A stretch of DNA of 63,541 nucleotides, the filler included, from Circinaria calcarea (lineage: Eukaryota): the NCBI GenBank assembly GCA_051942165.1. It is 38 parts of 38 records of this genome, joined end to end, with 100 filler letters (N's around TTAATTAATTAA, not from the genome) between each part and the next. Parts side by side here need not be neighbours in the genome. Positions count along the whole stretch, not along the records: positions 11,796 to 13,378 come from JAVECS010004493.1; positions 13,479 to 15,058 come from JAVECS010004494.1; positions 15,159 to 16,737 come from JAVECS010004495.1; positions 16,838 to 18,414 come from JAVECS010004496.1; positions 18,515 to 20,091 come from JAVECS010004497.1; positions 20,192 to 21,768 come from JAVECS010004498.1; positions 21,869 to 23,444 come from JAVECS010004499.1; 31 more parts are not named here. One strand, written 5' to 3'. The notes under the pieces are model-generated. The model made no database searches, had not been told where the DNA came from, and saw only the letters and a program-made list of their open reading frames with translations. Both the position numbers and the translations under genes were made by a program. This document shows, piece after piece, positions 12,957 to 23,444 of this stretch. Position 1 is the stretch's first letter, and each line of letters opens with the position of its first letter.

Positions 12957-13378
12957 CTATTTCATTTTCCTTCTCGGTGAATACCCCCTTGGTGACCGCG
13001 ACCGCGCCTTTGGGGAAGAAGCGGGCCCTAGGATTGCCTCGAAATTCTTCGTCGGATCAAATGTGGTGTTTGCCTGGGATCGATTATAAGGCATGACACC
13101 AGCCGGTAGTGGAAGTGCTTCCAGCCCGAGCCTCACGGAGCTCGCTCGATCAGGTGAACTCGATCTCGATCCAAGGACGGTATCAGGATCGAGTGGAGGC
13201 GGGAGTAACGGGTCACCACTTATACTGGACGGTCGCGCAGGATAACCACCTTGTTCTCCACCACTGATCCACATCTCCGCTACTTGCCAACAATGGCTTC
13301 TTTGGTAAATACCCTCAACGCCATGATCCACGACATCGGCAGGTAGGCTGACGAGCCCGGATCCACCTGTTACGCCAT
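12957..13378 (-). CDS. 3' end of a hypothetical protein (convergent with the previous fragment)
   Basis: Open from the contig edge for ~140 codons: GVTGGSGLVSLPADVVDHGVEGIYQRSHCWQVAEMWISGG.., followed by a Ser/Pro/Arg-rich tail. Confidence 0.6.
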
Positions 13379-13478
13379 NNNNNNNNNNNNNNNNNNNNNN
13401 NNNNNNNNNNNNNNNNNNNNNNTTAATTAATTAANNNNNNNNNNNNNNNNNNNNNNNNNNNNNNNNNNNNNNNNNNNN

Positions 13479-14499
13479 GTGAGGGTGCCGGTAAGTTTGT
13501 GGCGCTCGGATTCGAGAAAGTCTTCGAGCGTGAGCGTTTTTAGCGGGGATTTATCCATGAGGGCTTTTTCGGCGGCGCGCTGTTCCTTGGTTTTGAGGAC
13601 AAAGCTGTCGCAAGAAAAAAGGGGATTGGAGTTAGTGAGGTATTGAAAGGGGGAAGGAAATGAGAGAGAATGGCGTACCCAGGTGGTAAACTGTGTTTGT
13701 ACATGCACTTGTCGCCGCCGTTGGGACAGGTCCAGAACCAGCCGTATTTACCGTTTTCGACGGCGTCGACGAAGAATTTGCAGACTTTGTCGGTGGTGGT
13801 CTTGGGATTGCCGTGTTTGCTCATGACGACTTGGCGTAGTTTGGCTGATGGTCTTGTCAGCTGGGAATTCGGATAAGATGAGCTTAGGTCTTGTACCTTC
13901 GTCCCAATCCGCCATGTCATCCTTTTTCTTCTCATCTTCGGCGTCTCCTTCTCGCGTATCCTGGTAAAGGTTCTTCTTCTCCCCTTTCCGCTCTACCGCC
14001 AGGTCATGACTGAATTTACACCTCTTGCCCTTCTCACAATTTCCTTGTTTGTAGAATATGCACAGTACTGTCTTCGGATCCACCCCGAACGGTACCTTTT
14101 GCACTTGCACAGGCTTGAACAACTCAGCGGTTTCCCGCTTCGCTTGCTCAGCAGCAGCTTTTTCCTTCTCCCGTTGTTCTTTCTCGGCTTCTTTTTTCTT
14201 TTGCTCGGGGGTTTTGGCATCTTTCGCTTGAGACTTAATGAGAGCTATCTGCTTTTGTGATTGGGCGCCTTTTTTCTATTATGTCATCATGTCAGCGTCT
14301 GAAGAGAGAGATATGGTCCTGTTGTTTAGATAGTCCTTGTGGTTGTGGGTCCGACGGCGACTAACATTTTTCATGCCAAAGGTCTGCAGGCCCAATTAGC
14401 ATGACTCCTATCTTCAAATAGCGGGCAAACACCTACCTTATCCTCCACAATCTTGGTCGCCGAGGACTTGGCCTTCCCAGCATCTTTCTTTGGCGGCAT
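13479..14499 (-). CDS. tma46: Translation machinery-associated protein 46 (tandem CCCH zinc fingers, DFRP1/ZC3H15 family), 5' part
   Basis: MPPKK..KIVEDK/TFGMKN (18-nt micro-exon 14366-14383)/[39 protein letters not shown]/..[44 protein letters not shown]; four introns. Confidence 0.95.
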
Positions 14500-15591
14500 C
14501 TTGAAAGGAATATATTGATATCAACAGCTCGGGTTTCTAACTCAAGCGGCAGGATACAGGGAAACGTCCAAATCCTCTCTTTTAATTATCAGACGTAAAC
14601 TTCGTAAATCTCATAAAGTAGCAAATCAAAATAAGTGCCCTCAGTGCTGATCTGAATTTAACGCTCGAAGGCTCAATATGTGGCGGGGAGGAGTGCTCCC
14701 GGCTGTGGGGACTTTGCTAGCGTCATTTGCGGCGAACTCCCGGCGCAACGTAAATCACTTTGACAAGATTCCCTCCAAGCTGTCCAGACTACTCCTAACA
14801 GTACTACATCGGAGGCCAATTCTGCAATACAGTCGCTCATTTCAGGTTGTGCGTACCAACTATAATAAAGCTTCAGAATCCTCACTAATTATATCTCAAG
14901 CTACGAGTCTTGATCTTCCCCGTGGTGTCCAGACAAATTCCGCATCAAACCCTCCCGCTCCAACCTACAGACCCAAGACTCCGCGTCCCATTGTCTTCCC
15001 TTCGAAAAACTCTCACCTCTCCAAACCCATCCCTCACCTCCCGTCCCCACCCCCAATCNNNNNNNNNNNNNNNNNNNNNNNNNNNNNNNNNNNNNNNNNN
15101 NNTTAATTAATTAANNNNNNNNNNNNNNNNNNNNNNNNNNNNNNNNNNNNNNNNNNNNGGGGGCATGGGCGAGGGGTGAGGGGGGAAATATAAAATGAAT
15201 AGGCAAAGGTGCTGTGAAGGGGGAGCTGCCAAGGAGATATCGAAGAATTCATAATGGAGGGAAACTCATATCGAATCTACTGGGGATGAGCCTTAATGCT
15301 GCCTACCATGTTCTCTGCGCTATGGACATCACTACGGAATTCAAGAGGATATCCGAGCCTGTTCGACACGCATTTATTTTCATCTTTGCTGAAGCCCAGA
15401 CTTCTCCGAGGCAGTCTAGAAGATAAGGGGTAATCTACCTAGAATCCTGGATCGTGTCTCATGTATTCTAGATACATGCAGATGTCATCCGCCCCGATCA
15501 GAACATATCCAACCGCTCTACCGACCACCGCCTAGCTCCGGCGTTTCCCAGCACAGCTTTCCTTGGTCCACCAGATTTTCGCAACCCGCCC

Positions 15592-16737
15592 TCACAAATC
15601 CCACAAAAAATCCTGAATCGTCTTCCCCTCCACCACCTCCACCAGAGCCTTCCTCGCCACAATCAGCGGCTCCCCCACAAGCGGCGGCAGCGTGTCCCGC
15701 GCCTGCTGCTCCGCATCAAGGACCTCCTTCCCCTCGACTCCCTTCAGCATGCGTAGAAACGCCTTGTTGCCCTCGCCGTCGCTAACGCAGCTGAGCAGCA
15801 TCAGCACTACCTGCACGCCCGTCACCGCCTTCTCTTCCCAGTGCTCCGGATCCCCCCCGAGCTTCTTCAGGCCCGTTTTGCGCGCGTGGGTGGTAAACCG
15901 TTCGAGCACGGTGACGCAGGTGTGGTAAACGGCGAACCAATTGATGCGCGCCACGGGGAAGGCGCCTTGAAATTCGGGTAGCACGCCTGTTTTCCACATG
16001 TCGAGGAGTTGGGCCGGGTGCTGCGTATCCTTGGCGACTCGCCGCTTCAGGCGGGCGAATTCCTGCTGGCTGGGTTTGACGCCGTAGATGCGGGCCCAGA
16101 AACTGGCCTTAGGGTCGTAGTCGATGGCAGAGAATTTTTGAAAGGCTGACAGGTCTTCGGCGACGATGCGTCTGTCTTCGTCCCGGGCGGAGGGCGCGTA
16201 CTGGGGTTGCGAGATTCGACCGTTGGATAGCCTGCCGCCCTGGAACCTCATGAATATGCTATAGTAATTCCCAGTGGGACGCCGCCCCATGAAGACCGAA
16301 TCGAGTAGAACGTCCGACAGTCTCTCGAAAATGTCGATATCCTTGTTGATGACTTTCAGTTCTCGGAGCATGTTATAAAGATGGAGGACAGCGCCGACAA
16401 AGGCCTGCTCGTTGCACAGCTGGACTCCAACATCTGTGCTAACGTTCAATATCTCTAACAACTGGCTGCCGGCAGTCCATGGGGATTGGTGGTATAGATC
16501 AATGCAGTCATCTTCCAGGTAAATCGTGAGACCTTTTTCCAATAGCGTCAGGTCCTTTATACTAGGTCCTCCGTTACAGCGCGGACAGTCGCATCTCAGG
16601 GACGAGTGTTGATTGACCTTTCGCAGGGATTCTTGAACTTCTCTTGCGAACTTCAGAGCTTGGAGGCGGCAGTTGATGGGTGGGATAGGAATCTCAATTT
16701 CGCCAGACGCCACTCCAGTTGTCTCCTCGCCTTTGTT
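15592..16737 (-). CDS. Conserved fungal hypothetical protein, C-terminal ~380 aa (resembles the C-terminus of DUF6604-type proteins)
   Basis: Uninterrupted ORF open to the contig edge; motif DLYHQSPWTAGSQLLEIL..FVGAVLHLYNML..VFMGRRPTGNY; ends FLWDL. Family assignment is tentative. Confidence 0.75.
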   Translation of the reverse strand, partial: NKGEETTGVASGEIEIPIPPINCRLQALKFAREVQESLRKVNQHSSLRCDCPRCNGGPSIKDLTLLEKGLTIYLEDDCIDLYHQSPWTAGSQLLEILNVSTDVGVQLCNEQAFVGAVLHLYNMLRELKVINKDIDIFERLSDVLLDSVFMGRRPTGNYYSIFMRFQGGRLSNGRISQPQYAPSARDEDRRIVAEDLSAFQKFSAIDYDPKASFWARIYGVKPSQQEFARLKRRVAKDTQHPAQLLDMWKTGVLPEFQGAFPVARINWFAVYHTCVTVLERFTTHARKTGLKKLGGDPEHWEEKAVTGVQVVLMLLSCVSDGEGNKAFLRMLKGVEGKEVLDAEQQARDTLPPLVGEPLIVARKALVEVVEGKTIQDFLWDL

Positions 16738-17089
16738 NNNNNNNNNNNNNNNNNNNNNNNNNNNNNNNNNNNNNNNNNNNNTTAATTAATTAANNNNNNN
16801 NNNNNNNNNNNNNNNNNNNNNNNNNNNNNNNNNNNNNAGGGGGGAAGCGAGGATGGGACGAGGAATGGGGACTACGACGGGATAGACTTGGGGAAGGAAA
16901 AGGACCAAGAGAAGGTCTTGACTTCGTTTGTGGCGACGTAGTACAGTGGAGTGGAGTATATCACTCGTTTCGTGAGGGGTTTGTGTATATAAATTAAGGC
17001 TGCGCACAGCGGGAGAGATTGGAAGGGAGCAGGGACAGCTTAAGAATTCATAATTTATCATCCGACAGCTGGGAAGTTTTTGTTTTTTT

Positions 17090-18414
17090 GAATAGAAGAA
17101 TATTAGATCAAGATAATTAATAGAATGTATTATTACAACTTAATTCTTGCTAGCGTAGCATAACTCTGATATCCCCTTTTATCTAATTACTCACGTGTAG
17201 TGTACTATAGTATCGGAACCGTTACACGGTACAGGGGGTTTCGGGCATTAAGAAAATCGTTTCATTCTAGCTAATCAGCGGAGAAGGAAATGCCCCATTT
17301 ACTTTGGCCGTAGAGGTATTTATTACTAGCGCTACGCTAAAAACATTAATATTTTTATCAATTGACCGATTTTACTAGTGGACAACGCGGCTCGAGCTAT
17401 ATTAAGTATTAGTTTATTAATACCACGCTAGCAATTAATACCCTTCCGACGATAATATATGGTAATTGGTGCGGGGGAACTCGAAACCCCTACCCTTACT
17501 AGTATAGCGTGCACGGCTCGGTACGCGTGAACCATAGGCAGAAGGGAATACCCAAACGGAAGTTTAATTGCGCTATATTATTTTTAATCTTAAATTTCCA
17601 TTTCCTAATCAGCAGAGTACTAGAAAGTATACAGCCGTAATCAGCGCAGAGCGAATATTATTCGGGATAAAAAGCGGCCGCAAAAGCCTTTTGGCCACTT
17701 TTCTTGCCCCCACCCCTCCCCCGCGGATATTCCCCTGCCGGAGGTAAAATATGGAGCGGGCGAGTCCGTTCGTTGCAGGGGCCACGCCATACTATGCCAA
17801 AGGGGGACCGGGGGCGGAGTAACCAAGGAGCCGTAGGGCGTTCCTGAGTGCTCCCGATACTTGGCAGGGAAACAGTGGGGGAGCGTATCACGTGAAATAT
17901 TCCCGAAGTGCTTTTTTAAAAATCCCGGGGATTATACAGATCACTAGGGAGCATTATATTATATAGGCAGAGCTATTCCGGCTCTTTTAGAATAGCATGC
18001 TTACCATACAGATACCAACAACTGGAATAATAATAGATGTATATTACGTTCCAGGTAATTAATTATACACCACGGAGTGACTTTATCCCTTATACAAGTC
18101 TAGCATATCCTAGCACCCTTATAGGCATCTCAGTATGGGAAAGCAATATAATTAATTAGAAAATCCCCCCTTGGAAGGTGTTATGGCGCCAGCACCATAG
18201 CATGTACTAGGGCCAATTAGGACTAGGACCCGGAACAGGGCGGCTGCCGATCCGGTTGCTCAGTATGCTCAGAAGGTGAGCAGGGTGAGCAGGATGAGCG
18301 TGTTGCTCCGGTTGCTCAGTATGCTCAGGAGGTGAGTAGAGTGAGCAGGGAGAGCACGGTGTTATATAAACAGGTTATTCCCGCTCATTAGAATAGCATG
18401 TTTATAAACCCATA
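17090..18414. repeat. AT/TpA-rich degenerate repeat tract, RIP-like
   Basis: Abundant TA/TAG/TAA with visibly few CA/TG and no long ORF. Internal diverged direct repeats: 18251-18294 vs 18307-18350 (all differences are transitions) and ~17959-18003 vs ~18362-18404. Confidence 0.55.
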
Positions 18415-19171
18415 NNNNNNNNNNNNNNNNNNNNNNNNNNNNNNNNNNNNNNNNNNNNTTAATTAATTAANNNNNNNNNNNNNNNNNNNNNNNNNNNNNN
18501 NNNNNNNNNNNNNNGAAAAGGAGTGGGGGGGGGGAGGGAGACTAGTTAGTTGCGTTGCGTTGCGTTGCGTTGCTTATGGTATGGGTCCCCAGCGTTCTTC
18601 TCTGGGCCTCTATGGTAGTTTCTACCATAATTACCACTATAGAAAAGGGGAGAAAAGGGGGAAAAAGAGAACATAGGGGGACCACGGGTAAAAATAAGAC
18701 GCAAGACTGGGAAAACGTAAAATAGGCAAGAAAGGCCCGCCAGTTAATCCCGGAAACCCCGCGAAACCGAACCGAACCGAACATAACAAATCCACACCCT
18801 ACCATAACGGTGGCCTTGACAGTCTAGACGACTGGCGACCCCTGAAAACGGATGCGAGTACGGATGCAAGAGCGAGAGCGAGAGCAAGAGCAAGAGGCAA
18901 GATTTCTGGTTTTGTTTTTTTTTTTTGTTTTTTTTGGGGTCATCGAGATTGTCATTAATTCTCATTTTTTGGCCGTCTAAATGTGCCAAGTTAAAGGGGG
19001 CCTGGCTGGTTTGACCGAGTAGGTTCAAACTTCTGGGGGGAACCTCTGCTTATCTTTTCAGAAACCTAAAAAAAACCCAACACCTCGAAATTCCTATCCT
19101 TCATTGACACCCCTCGGAATGTTCCTTCATTCCCTCATCCCCTCGACTAGGTCCTTCGTGTGAGATGAGCA

Positions 19172-20059
19172 TCAAGGCGTCCATACTCCCTCCTCTTTCT
19201 CTTTCTCTTTCTCTTTCCCCTTCCCTTTTCCTTCCCTGTCCCCGTCCTCGTCCTCATGCTGCCTCTTCGTCAATGTCGTCGTTCTTAGCCTAGGCGATGG
19301 TGTCCGCGGTACAACTCCATCTCTCCCCCTCTCCTTTTCGTTCCTCCTCAGTACAGTTTTCCGAGACGCCTCCTCGTCCATGTCCCTTTTCCCTCCTCCT
19401 CTTCTCCTCGGTATAGTTTTCGGAGATACCTCCTCCGTCTCCTTCTCCCCCTCTCTCTCCAGATCTTTTGCGTTCACCACCGACGACGCCGATGCTCCTG
19501 TCATAGGCTGAGGAAGAGCGGGTCCAAATGTCGCCGTCGCACGTGCGGCGCTGTACCGCGGATACCTATGCGAGGAGGATGAAGCCTCCGCAGGCGTAAC
19601 GGGACTGGGAGGAGAAATGTGGCGGCCTAGCCCGGGGGCCCAAGATTCCTCGGTGGAGATGAGGGCGTTGAGTCTAGAGGAAGTATTGTTAGCGAGGTCT
19701 TCGTGTGAAAAATGGCGACAAAATCGAGGGGGAAGAAGGGGGACGACTAACTTTGACCCCGCAGCCACAGTCCTCCCCAACCCTAGAGCCATATTCGCGA
19801 CTTCCTGGCACCGGCTCAGTGCTCTTTTTCTCTCTTCAACCCCAATATCCCCCTCCTCTTCCTGCTCTTCCCTCAAACCTCTCACAACAACCCAACAAGC
19901 CCCCGTTAACTCCCTCGCCATCCGTGCCAAATGCGGTCCATTCCGCGAGTTGAGAATGACGGTGCGCCGGATATAGCCGAGGCTGTACTCGGCGGCGGGA
20001 AGGAAGAGGTGATTGGTGAGCCAGGGAGCCGTAAAGGGCTGGGGGTCTTGCCGATTCTG
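19172..20059 (-). CDS. Hypothetical protein, last exon, low-complexity charged C-terminus
   Basis: Frame stays open upstream of the track ORF to a CAG acceptor near 20060: QNRQDPQPFTAPWLTNHLFLPAAEYSLGYIRRTVILNSRNGPHLARMARELTGACWVVV..; ~295 codons; no recognised domain. Confidence 0.5.
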   Translation of the reverse strand, partial: QNRQDPQPFTAPWLTNHLFLPAAEYSLGYIRRTVILNSRNGPHLARMARELTGACWVVVRGLREEQEEEGDIGVEERKRALSRCQEVANMALGLGRTVAAGSKLVVPLLPPRFCRHFSHEDLANNTSSRLNALISTEESWAPGLGRHISPPSPVTPAEASSSSHRYPRYSAARATATFGPALPQPMTGASASSVVNAKDLEREGEKETEEVSPKTIPRRRGGGKRDMDEEASRKTVLRRNEKERGRDGVVPRTPSPRLRTTTLTKRQHEDEDGDREGKGKGKEKEKEKEEGVWTP

Positions 20060-20191
20060 CTGTGGGGAGGAAACGGAGGGAGTTTGTTGATNNNNNNNNN
20101 NNNNNNNNNNNNNNNNNNNNNNNNNNNNNNNNNNNTTAATTAATTAANNNNNNNNNNNNNNNNNNNNNNNNNNNNNNNNNNNNNNNNNNNN

Positions 20192-21064
20192 GGTATGGAG
20201 GGGGAGGAGGTGAGTACAGCGGGGGTTACTCGCGTCCCTCGGAATCAGCAGAATACGGCGGAGGCGGACGCGGTGGGAACAATTACTATGGCAATCAAGG
20301 CGGGAATCAGGGCTACGACAATGAAGGGCCGAGATACCATCAAGGTGGTGGTGGTGGCGGCTACGGCGACCAAGGAGGTCCGCAACACAACCAAGGCGGC
20401 AGCGGTGGTGGCTATGGCGCATCGGACGACTTCAGCGGTGTGATGCACCATGCCGAATCGCACGCCGGCTCGTCGGGCTCTTCCTCCATCTTCTCTTCCG
20501 TGCTCTCGCACCTCACCTCCAACCAGTCGTCTCTGGCCCAGCAGCCGATTGACGAGTCGGAGGCTGTGAATGCTCATCAGTCACTGTATGGCGCGGCGGG
20601 GCAGGGTCAGCAGCACAGTAGCCAGGCGATGGGTGCGGGAGCAGCGATGCAGGCGCTGAAGATGTTCTCGGGCGGTGCGGGTCAGGGGGGTATGGGAGGT
20701 GGGAATAGTCAAAATCAGTTTATTGGGATGGCGATGGCGGAGGCGGGGAAGCTGTTTGATCAGCAGAGCGCGCAGGGAAAGGTGGTGAGTCTCTTTTCCT
20801 CTCAAGTGTGTCAATTCTGGAAGCTGTGTGCGCGTCCTATGCTGGATGCGAGATTAAGAATAGGATTCCATGAGACGGGCTTTGCTAATAAACACATGAT
20901 ATGAATTGCAGGCTCCGTCGGCAAGCAAACAGAGCGCCATTACTTCGGCGGCCGAGATGGCTTTGAAGATGTACATGAAGAGTCAGATGGGCGGTGGTGG
21001 CAGTGGTGGCAGTGGTGGTAGTGGTGGTGGTGGTTTGATGGGGATGGTGAGCAAGTTTCTGTAG
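20192..21064 (+). CDS. Gly-rich 'beta-flanking protein'-like protein, 5' truncated
   Basis: G/Y/N/Q-rich N-terminal region, then IDESEAVNAHQSLYG..MGAGAAMQALKMF..QFIGMAMAEAGKLFDQQ; intron 20785-20911; KQSAITSAAEMALKMYMKSQ..GLMGMVSKFL-TAG. Confidence 0.85.
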
Positions 21065-23155
21065 AAGAATGATGGGCCGTTGGTATCAGGCCAGCGTGTA
21101 CAATAGCAAGTGGAAATGCATTGAATACTACTGTCAGCTACGCTGCGAATTATTGGGTGTGGGAAAGATGTAGATTAATCACTACTAAGTTGTAGCTTAA
21201 ATATCGAAGAATCGCTTACGGCGTAGGGAAGGCGCTTCTATGGTCCTGCCATTGGAACCGTGATAACTACACTTGAACGGTAATGTCCATTGTGAGAAGA
21301 GATCACGGAGCTTGTTGTTGGCAGCTTATACTAGGACGAGCCTAAGAGACCCGCGCATAGATAAAATTACTCTCAACCATCCCGTATAAGTTTTTTCTCT
21401 GGATCTTTCAGGGCCCACCAGAGAATGCGAATGCCGACGTTATCCAAAGGGCGATGCTCGTGCTCCTAAACACCTTGGTACCGTTCCAATCAATCATGTA
21501 GACTTTATCGAAATCTATGCACCTCTGATGTTGGATTAGGTTACGGTTCCCTCCTTTTCTCTCGGCACGGGTAGTTTTGTGCTTTGGTAGCCAAGCCATT
21601 CAATTTCCCATGTCCCGGCTTATCGTTCTGTCGAACTTGGCACCACACACGTGACCTCGCAGGTCTCAGACCCGGGAGTTCGTTACACCGATTCCACTTC
21701 GCGTGTCATTAGCGCGTTATTACACACACAAAAGCGTTGTTTTTCTCTCCATAGAACCATAGACAATTNNNNNNNNNNNNNNNNNNNNNNNNNNNNNNNN
21801 NNNNNNNNNNNNTTAATTAATTAANNNNNNNNNNNNNNNNNNNNNNNNNNNNNNNNNNNNNNNNNNNNCCCCCAAAAGTTTACCCCGAGATTTCCGCTCG
21901 TCCAACTCAAACGCTGAATTTCCCTCGATTTGTTCCCCCTCTGTGCCCATTTTCGCTGCCCCCCTAGAACAAGACGAGATTCTGTGGGTTTTGGCTCCGG
22001 TTCTCATTCCATCCACGCCCTTTTCTTCACCTTGAGGGCATCTCGATATCTGAGCACCCCCGTACCCCGTACCAGTCCAAGAACCTTACCTTCCTCTCAG
22101 TAACAAAAATCCAGCAAACCAGCAAACCAACAACACTTTAGCGAAAAGCAAAGTACCGCGCATACCTCTCTCTCTGCACTCTAGCTGAAAGATTAGAGGA
22201 AGATTAGAACTTGACACGGAGAGAGAGAGAGAAGAAAGAAAAACCCCCAACTGACGTCGGGACCCGCAACTGCAACTGCGACTGCAACTCGTGTGGGTAC
22301 TGTTCCGTTTGGGTGGCCCCGAATGAAAAATTTGAAAGGAGAGAATGAAGCCGGATGGGGAGGAGAAGAATAGCAAGTAAATCCCACGTAAGATGCTCCG
22401 GGAGTCGTGGTGTTTGTTTGCAAGGTTGAGATAGAGTAGGGTTTCCATGTGGGTAAGCTAAGGTAAGCTAAGGTAAAATAAGGTAAAGGACTGGACTGGA
22501 CTGGTAGGAGGTTGGCGGTCCCAAGTTCACATGACACCAAAACGGATTCTGGACACCGGGGTGAAGATTGCCCAGATTCAATTACATATGGTTTAACATG
22601 AGATAACTTTAAATTCAACCTGCTTCGGATGGATGAATCGCCGAACCGTAAGTCTGAAGCCCTTATTCGCCATATCACGCCGAAACCCCCATTAAACCAC
22701 CATCTTCCCATCCATCATCAAATAATCCATCACAAACATAGCAATGTCCGAGACGTTCTCTTGCACGAACCCTCCCACGTCCATCCTTTACGGATAAGAC
22801 AGCCAGCTCACGCTAGGAAAGAAAGGGGTGCCTTTGGTTCTCGATCCCCAAAACATCATACAACCTGAAAAGGGGCGTATTTGTTTTGGAAATTTCTAAT
22901 CTGCCAGCGCTCCGTTAAGAACCGCACCTTGGGGTTTGTAGAAAGGTGGTTCTTGCAGATCCCGCGAGGTTCTGCATCACTGGGTTTTGGGAGTCTCGGG
23001 GTTATCAGGGAGGATGAGAAGCGCGGAGAGAGGTCAGGTAGGGATGATAATGTGCAAGGGTGTTAATACGTAGGGGAAAATACAAGTAAGCAAAGAATTA
23101 GGAGACGTCATGGAAATCAAGTATTGTCGTGTGAATTAAGAAATGCTTGAAATGT

Positions 23156-23444
23156 TTAGTCTTGATAATGCTGATACAACTGCGAAATGCTCTCTCCGTA
23201 ATGATTCCGCCTGATTGCTTCAGCCAGCAAACCCGACATGTCAAGAACGACCAGTTTCTTTGATGCGTGTAACTTTTCAGGAGAGATAGGAAAAGTGTTC
23301 GTTACCACAATATAGTCGATACACTGACAGTCCTCCATATCGTCCAAAGATCCATCTCCAAACACTGCATGCGTAGCTATGCAGTATACCTTTGTCGCCC
23401 TACCCCGCTTGACGACGGTTTCTGCCGCTGCAACCCAGGACCCG
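23156..23444 (-). CDS. prs1: Ribose-phosphate pyrophosphokinase (PRPP synthetase, Prs1 type), 3' part
   Basis: GSWVAAAETVVKRG..VYCIATHAVFG..IVVTNTFPI..LLAEAIRRNHYGESISQLY. Confidence 0.9.

Noticed and set aside
17467..17490. tRNA 3'-end or primer-binding-site-like sequence (reverse strand GGGGTTTCGAGTTCCCCCGCACCA)
   Set aside because: T-loop to CCA distance is too short, there is no D arm or acceptor partner, and no LTR boundary is visible.
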